Of a stretch of 64,000 bases of DNA, positions 18,945-27,803 are shown piece by piece; the stretch's first letter is position 1; every line of letters starts with the position of its first letter. Under the pieces are notes generated by a model that saw only the letters and a program-made list of their open reading frames with translations, was not told where the DNA came from and did not search any database. The stretch comes from Acidicapsa acidisoli (GTDB lineage Bacteria > Acidobacteriota > Terriglobia > Terriglobales > Acidobacteriaceae). A program made the position numbers and the translations under genes. The stretch covers positions 2,211,147 to 2,275,146 of the forward strand of contig NZ_JAGSYI010000001.1 of the NCBI RefSeq assembly GCF_025685625.1. The letters are read 5' to 3'.

Positions 18945-19241
18945 ATGCCCGTAGCCCAACTCACGCTTGAAATTCGCATCGAACACGCCCACTCGCTCAA
19001 GGATCGACGGCAGGTAGTGCGGTCGCTGAAGGACCAGCTTCGCCAGGGATTCAATGTCTCCGTTGCCGAATTGGATGAGGCCGTTACCTGGCAGAGCGCA
19101 ACGGTTGGGGTCGCGGCGATCTCTGGTTCGCGGGATTATCTGCGCGGTCAGGTGGAAGAGGTTGAGCGGGCCGCGGCGAGAATGATCCGGGAACTGGGCG
19201 CGGAGATCTCCGACTCATGGTGGGACTTCCTCGAAGGATGA
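18945..19241 (+). CDS. DUF503 (YlxP-like) protein
   Basis: ATG 18945. MPVAQLTLEIRIEHAHSLKDRRQVVRSLKDQLRQGFNVSVAE is typical of the DUF503 proteins encoded upstream of rbfA. Confidence 0.7.
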   Translation: MPVAQLTLEIRIEHAHSLKDRRQVVRSLKDQLRQGFNVSVAELDEAVTWQSATVGVAAISGSRDYLRGQVEEVERAAARMIRELGAEISDSWWDFLEG

Positions 19242-19299
19242 GCCCCGCGACCTCTGGTATCCTATGGGGTTTACCTGAAGAGGAAACGGAGGGATTGCC

Positions 19300-19737
19300 A
19301 TGGCCGAGCCAAGATCGCGTGTGTACCACCGGAATCGGGTGGCGGAGACTTTGCGCGAAGAGATCGGAACCATGCTGGAGGGCCAGCTTTCCGATCCGAG
19401 AATCGCGTTCTGCTACGTCACCGAAGTTGCGATGAATCCGGGCAGCAAGTCAGCGCGGGTGTACATTGCCGTCGACGGCGGCGAAGAAGCGGAAAAGAAC
19501 ACAGTTGCGGCTCTCCTGGCGGCTAAAGGATACATTCGCCACGAGTTGCTGGAACGGCTTGGTGTGAGGCGCGTGCCCGATCTGAGTTTTCACGTGGACA
19601 AATCGGAGAAGTTTCAGTCCCGCATCGACGAATTGCTGGGACGGGCCAAAAAGCGGCAGAAGCCGGCTGCTCCAGGTGCGCTGCCGGAGCCGGCGGCTGC
19701 TGAAAAGCCTGCGGCCGATGCGTCCGCCACGGAGTAG
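19300..19737 (+). CDS. rbfA: ribosome-binding factor A
   Basis: RVAETLREEIGTMLEGQLSDPRIAFCYVTEVAMNPGSKSARVYI is a canonical RbfA KH-like N-terminus. Lys-rich C-terminal tail. Confidence 0.85.
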   Translation: MAEPRSRVYHRNRVAETLREEIGTMLEGQLSDPRIAFCYVTEVAMNPGSKSARVYIAVDGGEEAEKNTVAALLAAKGYIRHELLERLGVRRVPDLSFHVDKSEKFQSRIDELLGRAKKRQKPAAPGALPEPAAAEKPAADASATE

Positions 19738-19751
19738 CCGGGTTTACGGAT

Positions 19752-20792
19752 ATGGCGACACCGCAATCCATTTCGTATGCGCAGGGCGCAATCGCCGGGG
19801 GCGCTTCGCTGACTCCGATGCAGGCGATTCTGGCGGCTTTGCGAGAGGGCGAGCGGTTTCTGGTCTGTTCGCACTCACGGCCGGATGGAGATGCGGTCGG
19901 GTCCATGCTTGCCATGGGCATGCTGCTTCGCCAGATGGGCAAGAATGTGGACATTGTGGCTGCGGACCGAGTTCCGGCGGTATACCGCAATCTGCCGGGC
20001 GCTGGCGAGATCCGCCATGCGATGCGGGTCCATGGGCCGTATGACGCGGTAATTCTGCTCGAATGCGATGGCCTGCAGCGAACCCGGCTGCGCGGCCTGG
20101 AGCGGATGTTCCACATCAACATCGACCACCATTCCACTGGCAGGGAGTTTGGCGAGCTGAACTGGATCGACTGTAACGCCTGCTCGGTCGGTGAACTCGT
20201 GCACAGGCTGGCAAAGGCCTCTGGCTGCACGGTGACGCCGGAGATGGCGACCTGCCTCTATACGACGCTGCTCACCGACACAGGCGGATTCTGCTTCGGG
20301 GGCATTCATGCCAGCACCTTTACTCTCGCCGGAGAACTGGTCGAAGCGGGAGCCGATCCAGTGCATATTGCGCGAGACGTGTATTTCGCCAATCCGTTTT
20401 CCAAGATGCTATTGCTGGGCAAGGCGCTTAGCAATTTGCAACGCAACGGGGCAAACGGAACCCTGGCCTGGCTCTGGGTGACCCATGAGGATATGGTGAG
20501 TGCGGGCGCGGTTGAGGAGGACTGCGAAGGCGTGGTGAATTATGCGCTGTCGACGGTGGGAGTCGAGGCTGCGGTGTTTTTGCGTGAGCTGCCCGAGGGA
20601 CGCATCCGCCTGAGCCTGCGTAGCAAAACCGGAAAAGACGGGTGCAGCGTGAATGTGGCACAGATCAGCGAGCGGCTCGGCGGCGGCGGCCATGAGAACG
20701 CTGCCGGATGCACCCTGGATGGACCGATGGAGCGGGCGAAGGAAGAGATCCTCGCAGCCCTGCGTCGGGAGATGGAATTAACGGGTAAGTGA
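19752..20792 (+). CDS. nrnA: DHH-family phosphoesterase (NrnA-type bifunctional oligoribonuclease / pAp phosphatase)
   Basis: DHH motifs HSRPDGDAVGS, NIDHH and C-terminal DHHA1 GGGGHENAAG. Confidence 0.85.
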   Translation: MATPQSISYAQGAIAGGASLTPMQAILAALREGERFLVCSHSRPDGDAVGSMLAMGMLLRQMGKNVDIVAADRVPAVYRNLPGAGEIRHAMRVHGPYDAVILLECDGLQRTRLRGLERMFHINIDHHSTGREFGELNWIDCNACSVGELVHRLAKASGCTVTPEMATCLYTTLLTDTGGFCFGGIHASTFTLAGELVEAGADPVHIARDVYFANPFSKMLLLGKALSNLQRNGANGTLAWLWVTHEDMVSAGAVEEDCEGVVNYALSTVGVEAAVFLRELPEGRIRLSLRSKTGKDGCSVNVAQISERLGGGGHENAAGCTLDGPMERAKEEILAALRREMELTGK

Positions 20793-22060
20793 CCGGATCG
20801 GATGCGCCGAAAAGGGTACTGATGGCGACCATCGGGTCGCTCGGGGATCTGCATCCGACGCTGGCTCTGGCCCTGGAACTCAAGCGGCGCGGGCATCTGG
20901 TCACAGTCGCCTCGACCGGGTATTACCGCGACAAGGTGGAAGCGCTGGGATTGACTTTCCGTGCGCTGCGGCCGAACTGGGACCCCACGGACCAGAATCT
21001 GATTGCGCAGTGCGAGGATCTGAAAAGCGGTCCGGAGGTGCTCTTTCGCAAGCTGATCCTGCCTCATCTTCGAGATACATACGACGATCTGCTGGCTGCG
21101 GCTGCTGAAGCAGATCTGATGATCGCCGGGGAACTGGTTTATGCTGCTCCGCTGGTGGCGGAAAAGCTGAGACTACAGTGGGGCTCCGCGATTCTTTCGC
21201 CGACCTCGTTCTTTTCCGCCCACGATCCTTCGTATCTGGTGAATATTCCCGAGGTCTACCGGCTGCGCCGTGCTGGTTGGGGGATCAACCGGGCGATTCT
21301 GGAGTTCGGGAAGCTGCTGTCACGGCACTGGTGGGAGCCGGTGAGGAGCCTGCGCCGGGAGCTGGGACTGCGCGTCGCGTGTGATCCGGTTTTCAAGGAC
21401 AAGTTCTCGCCGGATCTGGTGCTTGCGCTCTTCTCGAGCTGCCTCGGCGCGCCGCAGCCAGACTGGCCACGGCATACGCTCCAGCCGGGATTTGTATTTT
21501 ATGACAGGCATAGCCCGCACAAGGACGATTCCCCGGAACTGGCCGATTTTCTCGCTGCCGGAGACGCTCCCATTGTCTTTACGCTGGGTTCGACGGCGGT
21601 CCATAACTCTGGCGACTTTTATGACGTCAGCATGACAGCGGCGCGGCAGTTGGGTCGACGAGGGGTGTTCGTTGGGGCCAAGTCAACGAGCACTGCGACT
21701 TCGGCGGATTTTCTGGCTCTCCTGTATGCGCCGTATTCCCGGATATTTCCCGGCGCGTCCGTGATCGTGCACCAGGGCGGTTCGGGAACGACGGGGCAGG
21801 CGCTACGCGCCGGGCGTCCGCAATTGATTGTGCCCTATGGGTGGGATCAGCCCGACAACGGAGCGCGCGTTGAACGGCTCGGTGTAGGGCTTTGTCTGGC
21901 ACGGAGCGCCTATTCCGTGCAGTCTGCCGTCGAAAAACTGTCGCAATTGCTCGCGGATAGGCGATTTGTCACGATGTCGGCCGAAGCCGGAGCGCGGATC
22001 CGGAAAGAAGATTCGCTCCGGATTGCCTGCGACGCGATTGAAGCTCTACTAGACCGATAA
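20789..22060 (+). CDS. GT1-family (MGT/UDP-glycosyltransferase-like) glycosyltransferase
   Basis: N-terminal MATIGSLGDLHPTLALALELKRRGHLV and C-terminal nucleotide-sugar motif HQGGSGTTGQALRAGRPQLIVPYGWDQPDNGARVE. Confidence 0.85.
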   Translation: MTGSDAPKRVLMATIGSLGDLHPTLALALELKRRGHLVTVASTGYYRDKVEALGLTFRALRPNWDPTDQNLIAQCEDLKSGPEVLFRKLILPHLRDTYDDLLAAAAEADLMIAGELVYAAPLVAEKLRLQWGSAILSPTSFFSAHDPSYLVNIPEVYRLRRAGWGINRAILEFGKLLSRHWWEPVRSLRRELGLRVACDPVFKDKFSPDLVLALFSSCLGAPQPDWPRHTLQPGFVFYDRHSPHKDDSPELADFLAAGDAPIVFTLGSTAVHNSGDFYDVSMTAARQLGRRGVFVGAKSTSTATSADFLALLYAPYSRIFPGASVIVHQGGSGTTGQALRAGRPQLIVPYGWDQPDNGARVERLGVGLCLARSAYSVQSAVEKLSQLLADRRFVTMSAEAGARIRKEDSLRIACDAIEALLDR

Positions 22061-22119
22061 TTTTGCCATGATTTCAACTAGAAAGACTATAATTATGGCT
22101 GAAATGGTTGGAGGCTTGC

Positions 22120-22365
22120 ATGGCGATCTGGCAAGTGCAGGAAGCGAAAACGCGTCTGAGTGAGGTGATCGAAGAGGCAGACAAGCGAGGTCCTCAAATC
22201 ATCACCCGGCACGGCGCGGAAAGGGCTGTCGTTCTTTCCATTGCGGATTATCGTGCGCTTACGGCCCATCGACCGGACCTGCGGCAGTATCTGCTGGGCG
22301 GCCCGAAAGTGGATAGTTTCGAAGTAGAGCGCGAGCGTGACACCGGGCGAGAGATCAGCCTGTGA
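22120..22365 (+). CDS. vapB: type II antitoxin, Phd/YefM-like (VapB role)
   Basis: MAIWQVQEAKTRLSEVIEEADKRGPQIITRHGAERAVVLSIADY is a classic antitoxin N-terminus. Stop overlaps the downstream PIN gene by 4 bp (ATGA). Confidence 0.8.
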   Translation: MAIWQVQEAKTRLSEVIEEADKRGPQIITRHGAERAVVLSIADYRALTAHRPDLRQYLLGGPKVDSFEVERERDTGREISL

Positions 22366-22787
22366 GCGGACGGCTCCAATATCTTCTGGATACAAACGTG
22401 TTGTCTGAGACGCGCAAAAGACAGGCGGACGAGCGCGTAATCTCATTTCTCTCCGAGACGGAGCCGACCGCAATCTACATCAGTGTTCTCACCCTTGGGG
22501 AGTTACGGAAAGGCGTGGCCCGCAAGAACCAAACCGATCCAGAGTCCGCGAAGAGAATTGGTTCGTGGGTCGAGGGACTGGAACTGAGTTTCGCCGATCG
22601 CATCCTGGGGATCGATACAACAGTTGCGAAGTTGTGGGGAGAACTGTCGGCACAACGTCCGAGGCCGGTGGTCGATACACTGCTCGCTGCCACTGCTATG
22701 GCGCACGAGCTTACCCTTGTCACCCGCAACGGGATCGATGTGCAGGATATTCCGGTTCCAGTGCTGGATCTGTGGAAACGACTGTGA
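22362..22787 (+). CDS. vapC: PIN-domain toxin
   Basis: LLDTNVLSE near the N-terminus (first Asp), internal Glu/Asp positions and TRNGIDVQDIP near the C-terminus. Translationally coupled to the antitoxin. Confidence 0.85.
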   Translation: MSGRLQYLLDTNVLSETRKRQADERVISFLSETEPTAIYISVLTLGELRKGVARKNQTDPESAKRIGSWVEGLELSFADRILGIDTTVAKLWGELSAQRPRPVVDTLLAATAMAHELTLVTRNGIDVQDIPVPVLDLWKRL

Positions 22788-22893
22788 CGTATCGGCATCG
22801 CGTTTTGACAGAGGGGGTTCACCGGGACAAATCTGGTAGCCTAAGGGTCGGGCCAACCTCCTCCCTCTTTGGCCCCGACATTCTTAGACTTAG

Positions 22894-24726
22894 ATGAGCG
22901 ATCTGGGACTGAACCTAGTGGAGACACCTCTGCCACCATCTACTTCAACTGCGCGATCTCGCTGGCAGATGCCATCTTCCACAACCGTCTGGGAAGTGGT
23001 CAGCCTTTTCGGGTTCATGGCTTTCTTCCTGATCTATGGCGTTACTCCTCTGCTTGGTGGAGCAGGCCTGGGTCTTGTCGGCGCCGACGAGCCGCGTTAT
23101 GCGCAAATCGCCCACGAAATGCTGCAGAAGCTGAACGGTGCGCATTCCCTGCGCGAACAGTTGAGCGCCTGCGTGACTCCATACCTCTATGGGCGGCCAT
23201 GGCTGGAAAAGCCCGCGCTGTACTACTGGCGCGCGATGTATGTCTTTAAGGAGTTTGGCGTTTCCGACTGGGTGGCGCGCCTGCCTTCCGTGAGCTTTGC
23301 GCTCTGGCTGGTAGGGTTGACGTACCTGCACATGCGCCGTTTCCGCCGAGGTGGTCACCTGGATGCGGCGCTGATCATGGCGGCCTGCGCGGGCATTCTC
23401 GGGTTTTCGCGCGGCGCATCGACAGACATGCAACTGGCTGCGCCGCTGTCGATCGGCCTGCTGGGCTGGTATGCGTGGTACGAGACTAAATCGAAGTTCT
23501 GGCTCTTTGATATCTATTTCTTCACCGCTGTCGCGACGCTCGCGAAAGGGCCCGTCGCCCCGTTTCTGGTCCTGGTGATTGTGGGCTGCTTCGCTGCTCT
23601 GCGCAAGGAGTGGTGGATCTTCTGGAAGTCGCTGTGGTGGCCGGGGATTGTGCTCTATTTCGCGATCGTGCTGCCGTGGTTCATAGCAGTGCAGCACCAG
23701 AATCCGACATTCTTCCAGGAGTTCTTCCTCGAGCACAATCTGGAACGTTTCGCGACCAATAAGTATCAGCACGAGCAGCCTGTCTGGTACTACCTGGTGG
23801 TGGTGCTGCTGGCGATGATGCCATGGACCGTGATCGCCATGCGCGCCCTGGTGGACGGAATCAAGGTCTCGATCATCGAGTGGCGGATTCGCCACGCCCG
23901 CACGAGTGAGGCGGCCGCCAAAAAAATCGGCGTCAGTCAGCCGGGCGATGCGTTCCCGGAGTTTCTCGTGCTCTGGGCGCTTATTCCCATTGTTTTCTTC
24001 TCGTTTTCGCAATCGAAACTACCTGGCTACATTCTGCCGTCCCTGCCGCCGATTGCAATTCTGACCGGCGACTATCTTTTTCGCTCTCGTGCGCGCGGGC
24101 TACAGCAATGGGTTCTGCTTGGACACGCACTGCTGGTCGGCGTCGTGACGGCTGCGGTGCTATTGCTGCCCTGGTTTGTGGCTCACGGGACGAAGAAGAT
24201 GCCACCTTCGCATGCGGCGGTTGTGGCTGGAATTTCCGCGTTATCCGCGGCGGTTCTGATCCTGCTGGTGGTGCAACGGTGGGGTGTGCGGCGGTTGCGG
24301 ACGGCCACCTGCGCCGTGATGGTCGTACTTTTGCTGTTCATGTACGGAGTCGGCCCATTTTTTGGAATCCCAGGGGTCGATGCAAGCAAACGGACGATCG
24401 AGCTGCTTGATCGTTCCTACTCCGCTCGTCCCCTCGCCGAACGTATCGCGACGATTGTCCCAGCGAACGAGACGGTCGCGGTATTTCGCGTCCGCCGGGA
24501 TATGGAGTACGGCCTGGCCTTTTACCGTAACCATGAAGTCGCGAATTATGACGAGGTTGGCGTTCCGTCCGAGGAACACATCCTCGTGGTGCGCGTTGCA
24601 GGGAAAGGAGGCGTCGACCTGGGATCGCAGGCGGCGCTTGAAGAGTATTTGGAAGGCCGGCACTATGAGCCTCTGTTTAGCTGGCCGGAACAGGAACTGG
24701 TGGTCTATCTGGTGGGGAGCCGGTAG
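22894..24726 (+). CDS. GT39/ArnT-like integral membrane glycosyltransferase (second copy in window)
   Basis: 610 aa with ~12 TM helices. LIYGVTPLLGGAGLGLVGADEPRYAQIAHEM and ATLAKGPVAPFLVLVIVGCFA blocks are typical of ArnT/PMT family. Paralogous to 3945..5636. Confidence 0.8.
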   Translation: MSDLGLNLVETPLPPSTSTARSRWQMPSSTTVWEVVSLFGFMAFFLIYGVTPLLGGAGLGLVGADEPRYAQIAHEMLQKLNGAHSLREQLSACVTPYLYGRPWLEKPALYYWRAMYVFKEFGVSDWVARLPSVSFALWLVGLTYLHMRRFRRGGHLDAALIMAACAGILGFSRGASTDMQLAAPLSIGLLGWYAWYETKSKFWLFDIYFFTAVATLAKGPVAPFLVLVIVGCFAALRKEWWIFWKSLWWPGIVLYFAIVLPWFIAVQHQNPTFFQEFFLEHNLERFATNKYQHEQPVWYYLVVVLLAMMPWTVIAMRALVDGIKVSIIEWRIRHARTSEAAAKKIGVSQPGDAFPEFLVLWALIPIVFFSFSQSKLPGYILPSLPPIAILTGDYLFRSRARGLQQWVLLGHALLVGVVTAAVLLLPWFVAHGTKKMPPSHAAVVAGISALSAAVLILLVVQRWGVRRLRTATCAVMVVLLLFMYGVGPFFGIPGVDASKRTIELLDRSYSARPLAERIATIVPANETVAVFRVRRDMEYGLAFYRNHEVANYDEVGVPSEEHILVVRVAGKGGVDLGSQAALEEYLEGRHYEPLFSWPEQELVVYLVGSR

Positions 24727-25034
24727 GAATTCCGTTGACTGGATTTACCTGCAGAAATGAGGCCGCAAGGAACCAAAGGCGCTATAGCTTGAATTGGCAC
24801 TGACAATTGAGAATTGACGCGGAATCCAAAATCGGGAGTTCCGAGTCTAATGAATCACTCCGGATATATTTCCGGATTGTGAATCTATTCCCGGCTCCAG
24901 TCTGAATCTGCTGTATGCTTTTTCACAATCCCTGAGTCGTCGGGTTGGGCTTTCCGAAATCATCCGGATCGGTACTGGGATCGGTATGTTTTCAGAGCTT
25001 GCCTGGGTTTGGGCAATCAGTTTTGAGGCGTAGC

Positions 25035-26036
25035 ATGGCTTCCGGTCTTTCGCTCGAGATCCTGGACTTGCGGCACTTTGCCGCACCGATGCTGCGTCCG
25101 GTGCTGGAGGCGGAGAGCGCCATGTGGCGGGAGCGGCTGAACTGGGACTACCTCGCATCCGCTAAACTACTGCTCCAGTACCTCGATTCGCGTTCTTTGC
25201 CCGGCTATGTCGCAGTGGATGCCGGACGGGTGACCGGGTATGTTTTTTGCGTCTACGAGGATTCCAAGGCCGTAATCGGCGATGTTTTTGCGCTGCCGGA
25301 GGAGTCCGCTCATTCTTTGTCGATGGGGCCGGATGGACGCCGCGGCGCGGGACGGGAGGTAGAAGAAAGCCTCCTGCAACGACTGCTGGAGTTGCTGTTA
25401 CATTCGCCGGGAGTGGATCGAATCGAGTCCCAATTGCTTCTGCACCGCGATGGCGAACACTCGGAGACATTTCTCCGGTCCGGTTTTGATGTCTACCGGC
25501 GCCTTTACATGCGGCGCAGTCTCATCGGAACGCTGAGCGAGGCCAGATTTGATTTGGCTGCGGAGCTTGAACTGCGTCCATGGCAAGACCAGGACCTGAA
25601 CGCGGCAGGAAGACTCATTGCTGAAGCCTATCGCGACCACCCTGACAGCCTGATCAACGATCAGTACCGTACAGTCCACGGTTCACAACGGTTCTTGCAG
25701 AACATTGTGAGGTTTCCGGGATGTGGCGTCTTTTCGGTGCAGGCCTCGCATGTCATTGTCGATCGAATCAGCCGGGAACCGATAGCTCTGCTGCTGGGGT
25801 CGCGCGTCAGCTCGCAATGCGGGCACATTACGCAGATTTGTGTGCATCCGCAGTATCGCAGGCTGGGACTGGCGAGGTTGTTGCTACGAGTGGCGGCGAT
25901 GCAGTTCCAAAGACTGGGAATGACGGAGCTGACCCTGACGGTCACAGAGGCAAATTCGCACGCCGTAGATCTCTATCAGTCTGAGCGATATGAGATCGCC
26001 CATAGCTTTAACGCAGCCGTATGGGTAAGGGCTTAG
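25035..26036 (+). CDS. GNAT-family N-acetyltransferase with an additional N-terminal domain
   Basis: C-terminal acetyl-CoA motif GHITQICVHPQYRRLGLARLLL...LTLTVTEANSHAVDLYQSERYE. N-terminal ~180 aa resemble a second, degenerate GNAT-like domain. ATG at 25035. Confidence 0.75.
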   Translation: MASGLSLEILDLRHFAAPMLRPVLEAESAMWRERLNWDYLASAKLLLQYLDSRSLPGYVAVDAGRVTGYVFCVYEDSKAVIGDVFALPEESAHSLSMGPDGRRGAGREVEESLLQRLLELLLHSPGVDRIESQLLLHRDGEHSETFLRSGFDVYRRLYMRRSLIGTLSEARFDLAAELELRPWQDQDLNAAGRLIAEAYRDHPDSLINDQYRTVHGSQRFLQNIVRFPGCGVFSVQASHVIVDRISREPIALLLGSRVSSQCGHITQICVHPQYRRLGLARLLLRVAAMQFQRLGMTELTLTVTEANSHAVDLYQSERYEIAHSFNAAVWVRA

Positions 26037-26215
26037 CGTGCCAGCAGAAACATAAGCCAGCTTAGGACGATTGCAGAGCCTGTGAAGGCGGCAAAGGAGA
26101 CTGCTCCGTAGCGCAGCATCCTCTTTGGCGTGTCTCGCTGGGTGATAGCGAAGACGGTGGACGCGAAGAGCGCGAACAAGAGCACCGCGGTGAAGTGGGA
26201 CGGCCTGAAGATCAT
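26033..26215 (-). CDS. small 2-TM membrane protein (hypothetical)
   Basis: 60 aa. Start overlaps the stop of the upstream membrane-protein gene (ATGA at 26212-26215). Confidence 0.4.
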   Translation of the reverse strand: MIFRPSHFTAVLLFALFASTVFAITQRDTPKRMLRYGAVSFAAFTGSAIVLSWLMFLLAR

Positions 26216-26607
26216 TGTTTCCTGCCGGTATATAGATTATGCGCATCGACGGCTGCAATGACATTGAGCAGTCCGGCGACAACGATGAAGCGAGTGCCGT
26301 AGTCCGCCGTCGTGACTTGAACGGAGTCTGCGCCGAGGCCAAGCTGACGGCTGATCAGATAAAAGAGGCCGCTGCCGAGGTCGCCTGCGAGGCCCAGCAT
26401 ATCCAGAATATTCTGTGCGCTGGTGTAGAGCTTGCCCTGCATGGCCAGGCCGAGAAAAAACATGCCGCCGATGGCTACCAGCAGCAGTGTTCCGCGAACC
26501 CACATGCGCTGCATAAAATGCCCTGCGCCAGGCAGGAGCCAGCCGGCCAGCAGCGGCCCGTATTGGAATCCTGAACTGGCCGTGGTCTTGGATGTGGATG
26601 TCGCCAT
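26212..26607 (-). CDS. hypothetical polytopic membrane protein
   Basis: 131 aa with 3-4 predicted TM helices (GWLLPGAGHFMQRMWVRGTLLLVAIGGMFFLGLAM). No recognisable family. Confidence 0.5.
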   Translation of the reverse strand: MATSTSKTTASSGFQYGPLLAGWLLPGAGHFMQRMWVRGTLLLVAIGGMFFLGLAMQGKLYTSAQNILDMLGLAGDLGSGLFYLISRQLGLGADSVQVTTADYGTRFIVVAGLLNVIAAVDAHNLYTGRKQ

Positions 26608-26647
26608 TTCTTCTTGATTCTACATGAGGGCGCTCGGGAGAGTCTGC

Positions 26648-27763
26648 CTAGCGCGTGACTGCTGGTTCCTTCAGGAAAGAAGCGATGTGCTCGTTGAGGA
26701 AAGTTTCATCGGCTGGGCTCGCTCCGGCACCAGCCGGGTGTCCCCAGAGAGAGGGAATCGGAAGCAGCGTGCAATGCGGAATGAACTTTGCCTCGTATCG
26801 GGCATCGCCGACGGGGAAATAGAGATCGGTCTCTGAAGGCATGTAGAGAACTAGAGCTTTGATGCTGGCGAGTGCCTTTTCCGTGTCGCCGTGAAAGCCC
26901 GGCGTTGTACCCACATCATGCTGCTCCCAGGTGCGCAGTTGCAGGATCAGGTTGTTGGCGTCGGCGTGAGGAATGAAGTTGGTCCTGTACTCGTCCAGCA
27001 CCTGGGCAAGTGTGGCGCCCGGTTTGGCATCGGTCTTCCACAGCTCGCGCCGCCACCACTCTTGTCCGTAGAGCCACGCTGTCCAGACCAGCGAGAATGC
27101 TTGAATCCCTTTCTCCGGTTCCTCGGTGTACTCCCCGCCCTTGAAGGCCGCGTCGGTCGTGATGGCCAGAATTTCACTCTCGTTTCGCGCGATTCCGTGG
27201 CCGTACGTCTTGGCTGTGCCGGAGGTGGCTACAATGTGATCCATGAAATTGGGATACGAAACGGCCCACTGAAATGCCTGCTGTGCGCCCATCGAGAATC
27301 CGATAACAGCCTGCAGGTGATGCACGCCTAGCTCAGTGGTAAGCAGTTGGTGGACGGCCTCGACGTTATCGCGAATCGTCGTGACCGGGAAGCGCGGCCC
27401 ATGGAAGGGCTCGGGCGTGTTGCTGGGCGATGATGATCGGCCGTTGCCGAAAAGCTCCGTCGCAATGAGGAACTGGCGCGTGGGGTCGAGCGCTTTGCCG
27501 GGGCCGATCAGCCACTCATAGCCGTGCATCTCCGCCATGTAATGCGAGGGCAGCAGCACGGCGTTGTCACCGGCGGCATTGAGATGGCCGTAGGTGCCGT
27601 AGACGACCTTGGCTTCCGGCAATACGACGCCACTTTCGGTGCGGAAGTTGCGCAGCACAAAGCTGTGTTCGACGGGCTCGATTTTTGCAGTTGTGGAATC
27701 CTGGGGCGCTGCCTGTGCGCTCAGCGAGGTAAGCGCGATAAGGGTGCATAGGAACAATTTCAA
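26648..27763 (-). CDS. secreted alpha/beta-fold hydrolase (homoserine O-acetyltransferase/MetX-like fold)
   Basis: Signal peptide MKLFLCTLIALTSLSAQA and nucleophile elbow GFSMGAQQA. Overall architecture resembles MetX-type alpha/beta hydrolases. Confidence 0.7.
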   Translation of the reverse strand: MKLFLCTLIALTSLSAQAAPQDSTTAKIEPVEHSFVLRNFRTESGVVLPEAKVVYGTYGHLNAAGDNAVLLPSHYMAEMHGYEWLIGPGKALDPTRQFLIATELFGNGRSSSPSNTPEPFHGPRFPVTTIRDNVEAVHQLLTTELGVHHLQAVIGFSMGAQQAFQWAVSYPNFMDHIVATSGTAKTYGHGIARNESEILAITTDAAFKGGEYTEEPEKGIQAFSLVWTAWLYGQEWWRRELWKTDAKPGATLAQVLDEYRTNFIPHADANNLILQLRTWEQHDVGTTPGFHGDTEKALASIKALVLYMPSETDLYFPVGDARYEAKFIPHCTLLPIPSLWGHPAGAGASPADETFLNEHIASFLKEPAVTR

Positions 27764-27803
27764 GCGATTCGATCTCCTGTAGAGCCTGACTGTCAGATGC
27801 GGA

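Noticed and set aside
22945-24012. 355-aa ORF antisense to the GT39/ArnT-like gene
   Set aside because: Shadow ORF. Arg/His/Gln-rich, no motifs. The sense-strand gene has clear family signatures.
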